Assembly (NCBI GenBank): GCA_965220745.1
Contig: CBDCQT010000012.1
Span: 576,001 to 640,000, forward strand
DNA from: Alphaproteobacteria bacterium
GTDB lineage: Bacteria; Pseudomonadota; Alphaproteobacteria; UBA828
DNA length: 64,000 nt
Direction of reading: 5' to 3'
In this document: positions 1 through 10,253 of the stretch, in pieces
Layout of the letters: each line of letters starts with the position of its first letter
Numbering within the stretch: position 1 is the first letter of the stretch
Translations under genes and position numbers: made by a program
The notes under the pieces: generated by a model
The model's input: the letters and a program-made list of their open reading frames with translations, nothing else
What the model was told of the DNA's origin: nothing
Database searches by the model: none

Positions 1-1497
1 GAAGGTCTCCGCGCCCAGCGCGTCCATCTCCGTGCCGTCGTTGTAGCGGCCGGCGTTCACGTCCATCTCGTTCGCGAGCAGCTCGAAGCGCCCGGTGGTG
101 GTCACGAACTTGAGCGTCGGCACGAAGGGGAAGTTGGTGATCGAGCCGTTGCCGGTGATGAAGAGGATGAGGTTGGAGCCCGCCGCCACCTGGCCCGCGA
201 TGCTCTCCAGGTCGTTGCCGGGGCTGTCCATGAAGTAGTAGCCCGGCTCGCGCATGGGGGCGCCGTAGTCGATGACGTGGTCGAGCCGGACCTCCGGCGC
301 CTTCTTGCGGGCGGCGCCGAGGGACTTGAGCGCGATGTTGTAGAGCCCGCGGAAATTGTTCCCGCCCGTCGGGTTCCCTTCCGCCGTGGCCCCGTGGTTC
401 GCGGCGTAGCGCTTGAAGTTCTCGATCTTGTCCAGGAACGCGCGGGCGGTGGCGGCGTCGCGGACGTTCTCCAGCACGTAGGGCTCGGCGCCGATGAGCT
501 CGTCGGTCTCGGCCAGGTTCGCGGCGCCCCCGTGGCGGATAACCTCCTTCGCCACCCAGCCGGCGAGCGCGTTGCCGGAGACGCCGGAGAATGCGTCCGA
601 GCCGCCGCACTGGAGCGCGAGTCGGAGCGCGCCGGCGGGCTCCGGCGTGCGCTTGGCGGCTGCAATCTCGGGCAGCCAGCCTTCGATCAGCGCAGCTGCG
701 CGCGCGACCTCCGCCTCGAACCCGCCCTCGATGCCAAAGAACGCGTGCGGCACGTGGTCGAGCGGGTCGCTGCGGTCCGCCATGAAGCGCCGCAGGTCGT
801 CGTTGGTGTAGGCGCCCGCGCCGTCGTCGGCCGCGAGCACCGCGCCCACGTTGGGGTGCACCATGAAGCCCGCGAGCACCCGAAGCACGTGACCCAGGTT
901 GTTGGGCCGACCGGCCCCGCCGCCTTCGGTATGGGTGACCGCGACCACGCCGTCGATCCCGGCGGGCGCCTGGGCCGCGGCGCGGTCCGCGACCGCGCGC
1001 ACGAAGCCGTTGGCGCGCGACGTGGTGGCCACCACCACGACGAAGTTGCGGGTGCCGACGCCCCGCCCGCCGGGGCGGCGGAAACCCTCGAAGGTGGCGC
1101 GGTCGTCGGCAGGCGCGACCTGCGCGCCCGGCATGAAGCAGGCCTCGTCCAGCGAGTAGGTCTCCATGGTGTCCACGAAATTGGCGGCATCGGGCAGCGC
1201 AAAGTCGATATCGCGGGCGCCCAATGCCGCCAGAATCCGCTCGTTGCAGACGTATTCGCCGGGTTTCAGCGCACGGGTCGCGATGCCGAAGGGGAGCCCC
1301 CAGGAGGTGAGTTGCGTGCCTTGCGGGACCGGCACGCGGACGAAACGATGCCCTTCGAGAATCGTGTGAGGCAGGCTGAATTCGCCCGCGCCGTCCGCGA
1401 CGAAGGTGCCGGCCTCCAGGCGCCGCGTCGCGATCGCGACGTTGTCGCCCGCCGCCGGAAGCCGGGCCACTCGGTCGAATTCGAAACGGTCAGTCAT
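1..1497 (-). CDS. UxaA-family (altronate/galactarate-type) dehydratase with N-terminal SAF domain, partial (3' end beyond window start)
   Basis: Translated by hand from CAT at 1495-1497: MTDRFEFDRVARLPAAGDNVAIA...; family motifs LQCGGSDAFSGVSGN, ETDELIGAE, GNPTGGN, FMDSPGND, FITGNGS. Absent from the ORF track because there is no stop in the window. Confidence 0.85.
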   Translation of the reverse strand, partial: MTDRFEFDRVARLPAAGDNVAIATRRLEAGTFVADGAGEFSLPHTILEGHRFVRVPVPQGTQLTSWGLPFGIATRALKPGEYVCNERILAALGARDIDFALPDAANFVDTMETYSLDEACFMPGAQVAPADDRATFEGFRRPGGRGVGTRNFVVVVATTSRANGFVRAVADRAAAQAPAGIDGVVAVTHTEGGGAGRPNNLGHVLRVLAGFMVHPNVGAVLAADDGAGAYTNDDLRRFMADRSDPLDHVPHAFFGIEGGFEAEVARAAALIEGWLPEIAAAKRTPEPAGALRLALQCGGSDAFSGVSGNALAGWVAKEVIRHGGAANLAETDELIGAEPYVLENVRDAATARAFLDKIENFKRYAANHGATAEGNPTGGNNFRGLYNIALKSLGAARKKAPEVRLDHVIDYGAPMREPGYYFMDSPGNDLESIAGQVAAGSNLILFITGNGSITNFPFVPTLKFVTTTGRFELLANEMDVNAGRYNDGTEMDALGAETF

Positions 1498-1665
1498 CTC
1501 CACATACTCGGCCCATTCGCAGGACATGGCAGGGACGCCATCATTATCGATAAACGCCGACCAGGGGTAGCCCGCCGGCGTTACAAAGGCTCGTCGGTTT
1601 ACGCCTTCGCCGCGCCGCCCTATCGTCCGCCGCAAGAGGGGCTCCGGGGCGGAGGGCGGTGGCGC

Positions 1666-2835
1666 ATGGCGATCCACTTCACGAGGGACGAGTTCGACCA
1701 GCGTCGCGACGCAGTGGTCCGCGCGCTGAAGGGGCGGGGCCTCTTCGGCATCCTGCTCTTCAAGCAGGAGAGCATGTACTACCTGACGGGCTACGACACC
1801 TTCGGGTTCTGCTTCTTCCAATGCCTCTGGCTCGGCAGCGACGGGCGAATGACCCTGCTCACCCGCGCGCCCGACCTGAGACAAGCGCAGCACACCTCGA
1901 TCATCGAGGACATCCGCATCTGGATGGACGAAGCCGGCGCGGACCCTGCCGGCGCGCTCCGAGATGTGGTCACGGGACATGGCGGGGCCGGCACGTTGAT
2001 CGGCGTCGAGCGCGACACGCAAGGGCTGACCGCAGCAAACTGGCTCAGGGTCGAGCGGGCGTTTGACGAGTTCTGCACGCTGGAGGATGCGTCCGACCTC
2101 GTCTCCGCGCTCCGCCTGGTCAAGAGCGACGATGAGCTTGCCCACGTGCGCCGCGCGGCCGAACTCGCCGACGACGCCCTGGCGGAAGCCGAACGACTGG
2201 CCGCGCCGGACGCGTTCGAAGGCGACATCCTGGCCGCGATGCAGGGTGCCGTCTTCCGCGGAGGCGGCGAGTATCCCGGCAATCCGTTCATACTCAGCTC
2301 CGGTCCCGACGCGCTCTTGTGCCGGGACAAGGCCGGGCGCCGCCGGCTCGCGGAGCAGGACCAGCTCACCCTCGAGTTCGCCGGCGCCTATTGCCGTTAC
2401 CACGCCGCGCTTATGCGCACGCTCGTGGTCGGCTCGGTGTCCGACGCGCACAAGGCCATGCACCGGGCCTGCAGCGACGCCCTCGATGCCTGCCGGGATA
2501 CCCTGCACCCGGGCCGGCGCTTCGGCGAGGTTTTCGACGCCCACGCGCGGGTGCTCGACAAGGCGGGCTACCGCAAGCATCGCCTCAACGCCTGCGGCTA
2601 CAGCCTGGGCGCGACCTTCGCCCCGTCGTGGATGGATGGCCCCATGTTCTACACCGGCAATCCGCAGACCGTGGAGCCCGGCATGGTGCTCTTCGTCCAC
2701 ATCATTCTCGCGAACAGCGATGACGGGCTCGCCATGACGCTAGGCGAGACCTACGCGATCGGGGATGACGGCCCGGAATGCCTGAGCCGGGCGCCGCGCA
2801 ACCTCGCGCCCTGCGGCGGGGAGGCCGCCGGATAA
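1666..2835 (+). CDS. M24-family (Xaa-Pro peptidase / creatinase / ectoine hydrolase DoeA-like) hydrolase
   Basis: C-terminal part of ORF 277..2835; ATG 1666 after GGAGGG; QESMYYLTGY, RLVKSDDEL, EFAGAYCRYHAALMRT, CGYSLG. Confidence 0.85.
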   Translation: MAIHFTRDEFDQRRDAVVRALKGRGLFGILLFKQESMYYLTGYDTFGFCFFQCLWLGSDGRMTLLTRAPDLRQAQHTSIIEDIRIWMDEAGADPAGALRDVVTGHGGAGTLIGVERDTQGLTAANWLRVERAFDEFCTLEDASDLVSALRLVKSDDELAHVRRAAELADDALAEAERLAAPDAFEGDILAAMQGAVFRGGGEYPGNPFILSSGPDALLCRDKAGRRRLAEQDQLTLEFAGAYCRYHAALMRTLVVGSVSDAHKAMHRACSDALDACRDTLHPGRRFGEVFDAHARVLDKAGYRKHRLNACGYSLGATFAPSWMDGPMFYTGNPQTVEPGMVLFVHIILANSDDGLAMTLGETYAIGDDGPECLSRAPRNLAPCGGEAAG

Positions 2836-2838
2836 GCC

Positions 2839-4461
2839 ATGTACGAGGTCACGCTCACCGAGGCTTACTTTCCGGCGCAGAAGGAGATCGACGTTCGCGA
2901 GATCACCGTCGGCGGGCTGCTGCGCGAGACCGCCGCTCGGCGTGGGGAAGCGGAGGCGCTGGTCGAGGTCCGCCAATCCGGCGAGATCGGACGGCGCTGG
3001 ACCTATGCGGCGTTGCTTGCGGATAGCGAACGGCTGGCGGTGGCGTTGGCGTCGCGCTTCCGCCCCGGCGAACGGGTCGTCGTCTGGGCGCCCAACAGCC
3101 CGGAATGGGTGCTGATGGAGTACGCCTGCGCCCTCGCCGGGCTGGTGCTGGTGACGGCGAACCCGGCCTATCAGGTGCGCGAGCTGCGCTACGTGCTGGA
3201 ACAGTCGGGGGCCGTCGCGTTGTTCCTGGTCGAGGAGTTCCGGGGCAACCCGATGGCCGAGATCGGCGCCGCGGCCGCTGACGGCCTGGCAGCCATCCGC
3301 GAAGTCGTCGACATGAACGATACACAGGCCCTCCACGCCGCGGGCGGGGAGGGGGCGCAGACGTTGCCCGCCGTCGCGCCCGGCGATGCGGCGCAGATTC
3401 AATACACTTCGGGCACGACCGGCTTCCCCAAGGGCGCGGTGCTGAGCCATCGCGGGCTGGTCAACAACGCGCGCTATTACGCTGGCCGCTGCGGCGTGAC
3501 CGAGAGCACCACCTGGATCAACCCCATGCCGATGTTCCACACCAGCGGATGCGGCATGTTGACCCTGGGCTCGCTCCAGGCGGGCTGCCGGATGGTCCTG
3601 GTCAGCCTGTTCGATCCGCACGTCGTCGCCGGCCTGATCGAAAGCCAGAGGGCCACCATCGCCCTCGGTGTGCCGACGATGATCCTCGCCATGCTCGACG
3701 CCTACGAAGCCGCGCCCTGCGACACCTCGTCGCTGGAAATGGTGAACAGCGGTGGTGCCATGGTGGCGCCGGAGCTGGTGCGCCGCGCGCAGCGGAACTT
3801 CGGTTGCGCGTTCTCCACCGTTTACGGCCAGACCGAGCACAGCCCGCTCATCACCCAGCACTATAGCGACGACACCATCGACGATATCTGCAACACGGTG
3901 GGGCAGCCCATTCCGCAAACCGACGTCTCGATCCGGCGCGTTGCCGACAACAGCACCGCCGCCATCGACGAGATCGGCGAAATCTGCGCCCGCGGGCCGA
4001 GCGTCATGCTGGGGTATCACGACAACGAGGCGGCGACGGCCGAGGCCATCGACGCCGATGGCTGGCTCCACACGGGCGACCTCGGGCGCATGGATGCGCG
4101 CGGCTACGTCACGATCACCGGCCGGGTGAAGGAGATGATCATCCGTGGCGGCGAGAACCACTTTCCAGCCGAGATCGAGAACGTCCTGCTGGAGCATGCA
4201 AGCGTGGCCGAGGTCGCCGTGGTCGGCCTGCCCGACGAGACCTGGGGCGAGGTGATCGCCGCTTTCGTTCGCACCGAAGGCGGACGGGAGGTGGACAGGG
4301 ACGCTCTGCATGACCATTGCCGCGCGAGCCTCTCGCCCCAGAAGACGCCGACGGTCTGGTGCCGTGTCGACGCGTTTCCGATGACCGGCTCGGGCAAGAT
4401 CCAGAAATTCTTGCTGCGGGACGGCTACCTCGCGGGGCAGTACCGAGGGGGGCCACGATGA
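2839..4461 (+). CDS. AMP-binding acyl-CoA synthetase (fatty-acid-CoA ligase family)
   Basis: YTSGTTGFPKG, YGQTE, GWLHTGDLG, GKIQK adenylate-forming motifs. Confidence 0.92.
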   Translation: MYEVTLTEAYFPAQKEIDVREITVGGLLRETAARRGEAEALVEVRQSGEIGRRWTYAALLADSERLAVALASRFRPGERVVVWAPNSPEWVLMEYACALAGLVLVTANPAYQVRELRYVLEQSGAVALFLVEEFRGNPMAEIGAAAADGLAAIREVVDMNDTQALHAAGGEGAQTLPAVAPGDAAQIQYTSGTTGFPKGAVLSHRGLVNNARYYAGRCGVTESTTWINPMPMFHTSGCGMLTLGSLQAGCRMVLVSLFDPHVVAGLIESQRATIALGVPTMILAMLDAYEAAPCDTSSLEMVNSGGAMVAPELVRRAQRNFGCAFSTVYGQTEHSPLITQHYSDDTIDDICNTVGQPIPQTDVSIRRVADNSTAAIDEIGEICARGPSVMLGYHDNEAATAEAIDADGWLHTGDLGRMDARGYVTITGRVKEMIIRGGENHFPAEIENVLLEHASVAEVAVVGLPDETWGEVIAAFVRTEGGREVDRDALHDHCRASLSPQKTPTVWCRVDAFPMTGSGKIQKFLLRDGYLAGQYRGGPR

Positions 4462-5330
4462 CGGCGCCAGTCCTCTACGAACGCGATGGCCGGATCGCGC
4501 GGATCACGCTCAACCGCCCGGAGGTGCTGAACGCCATCGACGACGAACTGCCGGGCGCGCTGTCCGCCGCTGTCGCGCAGGCCGACGCCGATCCGGTCGT
4601 CCACGTGATGGTGCTCTCCGGCGCCGGGCGGGCCTTCTGTGCCGGCTACGACCTCACGCGCTATGCGAGCGGGGAAACCGGCGGCGACGAGGGTGGCTAC
4701 ACGGGGCAGGAGATGCCCTGGGACCCGATCAAGGACTACGCCTTCATGTGGGCGAACACCCAGCACTTCATGGCACTCTGGCGGGCGCTCAAGCCGGTGA
4801 TCTGCAAGGTGCACGGCTTCGCGCTCGCGGGCGGCTCGGACATCGCGCTCTGCGCCGACCTCACGCTCGTCGCAGACGACGCCGAGATTGGCTACATGCC
4901 GGCGCGGGTCTGGGGCTGCCCCACGACCGCCATGTGGGTCTATCGGCTGGGGCCGGAGAGGGCGAAGCGGATGCTCTTCACCGGCGACAAGATCACCGGG
5001 AGGGAAGCCGCCGACATGGGCCTCGTCCTGAAGGCCGTGCCCGCGGCAGAACTTGACAACGAGGTGGAGGCGCTGGCCCGGCGCATGGCGAGCGTGCCGG
5101 TCAACCAGCTGGCCATGCAGAAGCTGGTCATCAATCAGGCGATCGAAGCCACCGGTCTCATGAACACCCAGAGACTCGCCACGATCTTCGACGGCATCAC
5201 GCGCCATTCGCCGGAGGGAGTGAACTTCAAGAAGCGGGCCGAAGAGGTCGGCTGGAAGCAAGCCGTGCAGGAACGCGACACGGGCACGTTCGATTGGACC
5301 CTGAATAGACCGATCGAAAGCTCGGACTGA
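4458..5330 (+). CDS. Crotonase / enoyl-CoA hydratase family protein
   Basis: ATGA overlap with the ligase stop; ITLNRPEVLNA, AFCAGYDL, KVHGFALAGG. Confidence 0.9.
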   Translation: MTAPVLYERDGRIARITLNRPEVLNAIDDELPGALSAAVAQADADPVVHVMVLSGAGRAFCAGYDLTRYASGETGGDEGGYTGQEMPWDPIKDYAFMWANTQHFMALWRALKPVICKVHGFALAGGSDIALCADLTLVADDAEIGYMPARVWGCPTTAMWVYRLGPERAKRMLFTGDKITGREAADMGLVLKAVPAAELDNEVEALARRMASVPVNQLAMQKLVINQAIEATGLMNTQRLATIFDGITRHSPEGVNFKKRAEEVGWKQAVQERDTGTFDWTLNRPIESSD

Positions 5331-5398
5331 CTCGCCCTCCTCGCCCCGCGCCGCCTCTGGCCGTAACCGTTCCGAAATTTCCGCGTCAGGACATTGGC

Positions 5399-5427
5399 TT
5401 GACGGTCCTCAACCCGAGGGATAGCCT
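5399..5427 (+). promoter_or_regulatory. Putative sigma70 promoter for the ABC transporter operon
   Basis: TTGACG-N17-TAGCCT about 40 nt upstream of ATG 5468. Confidence 0.5.
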
Positions 5428-5467
5428 CTTGAAATAGGTGGTCGGAGATGTGGGAGGCACGGAGACC

Positions 5468-6742
5468 ATGCTAATGAAATCAAACCATAAATTGAGCCGT
5501 CGTGGGTGGCTGAAGCGGTCACTCGCGTTGGCAATCGTCGCCGGGGCGGTTGCGCTTACAGCACCGGCACAGGCGAACGACACCATCAAGATCGGCTTCA
5601 GCATGGCGCTGACCGGCGGTCTCGCCGGGGCGGGCAAGGGCGCGCTCATCGCCATGCAGGTATGGGCCGAGGACACCAACGCCGCGGGCGGGCTGCTCGG
5701 CAAGCAGGTCGAGCTCATCTACTACGACGACCAGACCAACCCCGCGAACGTGCCCGGTATCTATACGAAGCTGCTCGACGTCGACGATGTCGACTTCGTG
5801 GTGTCCGGTTACGGTACGAACCTGATCGCGCCGGCCATGCCGATCGTGATGCAGCGCGGTCTCGTCTTTCCGTCGCTGTTCGGCCTCGCGGTCAACGAGA
5901 AGTTCAACTATCCGAACTATTTCCAGATCATGCCGGCAGGGCCGGAGCCGTTGACCGACTGGTCGAAGGGCTTCTACAGCGTTGCCATGGCGCAGGATCC
6001 GCCGCCGAAGACGATCGCGCTCGTGGGCGCCGATGCCGAGTTCGCCAAGAATGCGGTCAAGGGCGCCCGGATCCAGGCGGAAGCACTGGGGCTCGAGATC
6101 GTCTATGACGAGTCCTACCACCCGAAGACGCCGGACTTCACCCCGATCGTCAATGCCATTCAGGCGCGCAATCCGGATATGGTGTTTGTCGGCTCGTACC
6201 CGCCCGATTCGGTCGGGATGGTGAAGGCGGCCACCGAGGTGGGCCTCAAGACCAAGATTTTCGGCGGCGGCATGGTGGGGCTTCAGTTCGCCTCGATCAT
6301 GACGGCGCTCGGGCCGAAGCTGAACGGCATCGTGAACTACGATTTCTGGGTGCCGGAGCCGACGCTGAAGTTCGAGGGCGTCGAGGCGTTCCTCGCCAAG
6401 TACCAGAAGGCGGCCGAGGGCCAGGGCGTGGACCCGTTGGGCTACTATCTCCAACCCTACGCCTATGCGTATCTCCAGGTGCTGGGGCAGGCGATCACCG
6501 CCACCAACAGTGCGGATCACGCCGTCATTGGGGAGTACATCCGCAACAATTCGTTCGACACCGTGGTCGGCAACGTGAGCTTCGCGCCGAACGGCGAGTG
6601 GGCGAAGACGCGGGTGCTGATGGTCCAGTACCAGGGGATCGAGGACAACGAGCTCGCGACCTTCACCAAGGCCGGGACGCGCGTCGTGCTCTATCCCGAG
6701 GAGTGGAAGTCGGGGACCGTCAACTACCCCTACGCCGAATAG
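5468..6742 (+). CDS. Branched-chain amino acid-type ABC transporter substrate-binding protein with Tat-like signal
   Basis: SRRGWLK twin-arginine motif, AQA cleavage site, IKIGFSMALTG, GGLLGKQVELIYYDD. Confidence 0.9.
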   Translation: MLMKSNHKLSRRGWLKRSLALAIVAGAVALTAPAQANDTIKIGFSMALTGGLAGAGKGALIAMQVWAEDTNAAGGLLGKQVELIYYDDQTNPANVPGIYTKLLDVDDVDFVVSGYGTNLIAPAMPIVMQRGLVFPSLFGLAVNEKFNYPNYFQIMPAGPEPLTDWSKGFYSVAMAQDPPPKTIALVGADAEFAKNAVKGARIQAEALGLEIVYDESYHPKTPDFTPIVNAIQARNPDMVFVGSYPPDSVGMVKAATEVGLKTKIFGGGMVGLQFASIMTALGPKLNGIVNYDFWVPEPTLKFEGVEAFLAKYQKAAEGQGVDPLGYYLQPYAYAYLQVLGQAITATNSADHAVIGEYIRNNSFDTVVGNVSFAPNGEWAKTRVLMVQYQGIEDNELATFTKAGTRVVLYPEEWKSGTVNYPYAE

Positions 6743-6780
6743 CCAGCGCTCCCGAGAGGAGCCTGACAGCGACTGCCAAT

Positions 6781-6820
6781 GGAAATGTCATCCCGCCGCA
6801 TTCGACGGGATGACATTTCC
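6781..6820. repeat. Perfect 15-bp stem palindrome (REP-like, GTCATCCCG/CGGGATGAC) between the SBP and permease genes
   Basis: GGAAATGTCATCCCG (6781-6795), 10-nt loop, CGGGATGACATTTCC (6806-6820). Confidence 0.8.
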
Positions 6821-6844
6821 TATTACCGGTAGGACGGCCAGCGG

Positions 6845-7717
6845 TTGTTCTCCGTCGAACTTCTAGTGAATGCGCTGATCGCCGGCGTGCTGCTCGGCGG
6901 GTTCTATGCCGCGGTCAGCCTCGGGCTGACGGTCTCCTTCGGGCAGCTCAACATCGTCAATATCGCCCATCCCGCATTCATCATTTTGGGCTCATACATC
7001 GCCTACATGTGCAACAGCCTGTGGGGGCTGGATCCGATCCTGACGGGAATCATATTCATTCCCGTGTTCTTCCTGATCGGAGCCGGGGCTTATCGCCTCT
7101 ACTACGAGAGTTTCGAGCGCAAGGACGATGAGGCGCTGCGCGGCCTCGCCTTCTTCTTCGGCGTCATGTTCATCATCGAGGTCGCGCTCATCATGGTTTA
7201 CGGCGTGGATTTCCGCACCGTGCAGGCCTCCTACATCGGGCAAAGCTGGAAGGCCGGCGGGATCGGGGTGCCGACCCGCATGTTCGTGCCGTTTTGCGTC
7301 GCGATCGCCATGTTCACCGCGGTCTATCTCTACATGTCGCGCACCTTCAACGGCCGCGCGATCAAGGCCGTGGCGCAAGATCGGCTCGCGCTGCAGCTCA
7401 TGGGCGCCGATCCGGTCAAGATCAAGCAGCTCGGCTTCGGCATCAGCATCGGCACCGCAGCGCTCGCGGGTGCGCTGCTGATCATCATCATTCCGGTCGA
7501 GCCGTCGGTTGGCCGGCTCTATATCGGCCAGGTGTTCGCGATCGCGGTCCTCGCCGGGCTCGGATCGATCCCCGGCACGCTCGTTGCAGGGCTGATCCTC
7601 GGCATCGCCGAGAGCCTGGTCTCGACCTTCTTCGGCCCGTCATGGGCGCCTGCCGTGGCCTTCGGCATCCTGCTGGCGGCGCTGGCCTTCCGGCCGCAAG
7701 GACTGTTCGGCCGATGA
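6845..7717 (+). CDS. Liv-type ABC transporter permease (LivH-like)
   Basis: Hydrophobic; TTG start; GLTVSFG..NIAH, GRAIKAVAQD, AGLGSIPG, FRPQGLFG. Confidence 0.9.
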   Translation: MFSVELLVNALIAGVLLGGFYAAVSLGLTVSFGQLNIVNIAHPAFIILGSYIAYMCNSLWGLDPILTGIIFIPVFFLIGAGAYRLYYESFERKDDEALRGLAFFFGVMFIIEVALIMVYGVDFRTVQASYIGQSWKAGGIGVPTRMFVPFCVAIAMFTAVYLYMSRTFNGRAIKAVAQDRLALQLMGADPVKIKQLGFGISIGTAALAGALLIIIIPVEPSVGRLYIGQVFAIAVLAGLGSIPGTLVAGLILGIAESLVSTFFGPSWAPAVAFGILLAALAFRPQGLFGR

Positions 7718-8688
7718 AGTGGCCTCCAATGAAGCTCTCGCCCTTCTGGCTCTGCGCCGCCGCCATCGCGCTGCTCGGCATCGCGGTGACGATCTTCGAC
7801 CTGTTCAACATCAACACCTTCATCTTCTTCGCGGGCTATGTGGTCCTGCAATACGTGGTTCTCGCGACCGCCTGGAACATCATGGGCGGCTACATGGGTT
7901 ACGTGAATTTCGGCACCGCCGGCTTCTTCGCCGTCGGCGCGTACGCCTCCGTCGTGCTCTACAACCTCTTCCAGGCGCCGTTGGCTCTGATGATCCCCTT
8001 CGCGGGCGTGGTCTGCGCCCTGCTCGGGCTCGCCATGGGCTACCTGACGCTACGCCTGCGCGGTGTCTTCTTCGCCATCGCCACGCTCGCGATGGCCATC
8101 GTCCTCGAGACGCTCATCATCAATTGGGAGTTCGTGGGCGGTGCCACCGGCGCCTACATCCTGCGCTCGCGCGAGCAGGCGCCGTTCGGCGATTACATCG
8201 AGTTCCTGTTCTTCGTGATGCTCCTGCTCGCGATCTTTGCCGTCTCGGTTGCGCGCTGGCTCGAGCTGTCGAGGACGGGGCGCGGCTTCATCGCCATTCG
8301 CGACGATGAGATCGCCGCCGAATGCGCTGGTGTTCCGACCCTTCGGCTCAAGCTGATCGCGACGACCGTTTCCGGATTCCTGATGGGTGTCGCGGGCGCG
8401 CCGTTCGCGCTCTACGTGAGCTTTATCGAGCCGTCCTCGGCGTTCAATCTCATCTATGCGGTGAACGCCATCGCGATGCCGATGATCGGCGGCGCCACGA
8501 CGTGGCTCGGCCCGGTGATCGGCGCCTTGCTGCTCGGCACCGTTCAGCAGGTCGCCACGGTGACGATTTCCTCGGAGCTCAACCTCTTAATCGTGGGCAT
8601 CGTCCTGGTGTTCTTCGTGATCGTGGCCCCGGAAGGGATCGTCGGACTGCTCAAGAAGTGGTTGGGAGGCCGTCGCGATGACCGCTGA
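7714..8688 (+). CDS. Liv-type ABC transporter permease (LivM-like)
   Basis: ATGA overlap; WNIMGGYMGYVNFG, LRLRGVFFAIATLA, AIRDDEIAA, APEGIVG. Confidence 0.9.
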   Translation: MKWPPMKLSPFWLCAAAIALLGIAVTIFDLFNINTFIFFAGYVVLQYVVLATAWNIMGGYMGYVNFGTAGFFAVGAYASVVLYNLFQAPLALMIPFAGVVCALLGLAMGYLTLRLRGVFFAIATLAMAIVLETLIINWEFVGGATGAYILRSREQAPFGDYIEFLFFVMLLLAIFAVSVARWLELSRTGRGFIAIRDDEIAAECAGVPTLRLKLIATTVSGFLMGVAGAPFALYVSFIEPSSAFNLIYAVNAIAMPMIGGATTWLGPVIGALLLGTVQQVATVTISSELNLLIVGIVLVFFVIVAPEGIVGLLKKWLGGRRDDR

Positions 8689-9392
8689 CGCGCTGCTCGA
8701 CGTGCGCGCCGTCACCAAGCGGTTCGGCGGCTTCACGGCACTGGACCAGGTCGACATGGAGGTGAGGGCAGGCGAGCGCTTCGGCCTGATCGGACCCAAC
8801 GGCTCCGGCAAGACCACCATGATCAACTGCATCTCGGGCACGCTCGCGAACGAGGGCGGCGAGATCGTCTTCAAGGGCGTCAAGCTCGACGGCAAGAAGC
8901 CCCATCAACGCACGCGGCTGGGGATCGCGCGCTCGTTCCAGATTCCCAAGCCGTTTCGCTCGCTCACGGTGCTGGAGAACTTGGGAATCGCGCTCGAATT
9001 CGCGACCGGCACCAGCCGGTCCGAGGTTCAGGAGCGCGGCATGGCGATCCTGGAGACCATCGGGCTCGCGGAGCGCGCCCGCGCGAATGCCGGGTCGCTC
9101 ACTCAAATCGACATGCGCAAGCTTGAGCTCGCGCGCGCGATGGCGACGCAACCCGAATTGCTGATTTCCGATGAAGCGATGGCCGGCCTCTCCTCGACCG
9201 AGGTCGACGACATCCTCGATATTCTGTTCAAGCTGAACGAAGGCGGCATCACGATCATCATGATCGAGCACATCATGCGGGCGGTGATGCGGTTCTCGAC
9301 GCGGATCGTGGTGTTGGACGCAGGGCGCAAGATCGCGGAGGGCAACCCCGACGAGATCGTCAACGACCCCGAAGTCGAGAGGGCCTATCTCG

Positions 9393-9400
<8 letters not shown>
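8678..9400 (+). CDS. Liv-type ABC ATP-binding protein (LivG-like)
   Basis: GPNGSGKT, ARSFQ, IEH, EVERAYLG. Confidence 0.92.
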
Positions 9401-10124
<724 letters not shown>

Positions 10125-10253
10125 GGCGAGCACCGGTATTACTCAGCCCGCACCGTTGCCGCCAAAGGCCCGCTGACATACGCTTGCCGGCCCCGGCTGC
10201 CGTCTGGTCCGACCATTGCGGCGGCTTGCCAGCCCTCAACATGGAGACGCAGC

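Noticed and set aside
277-1665. N-terminal 463 aa of the 852-aa ORF 277..2835, suggesting a large fusion protein
   Set aside because: It is the antisense shadow of the minus-strand UxaA-family gene; M24 similarity begins at ATG 1666, which has its own RBS
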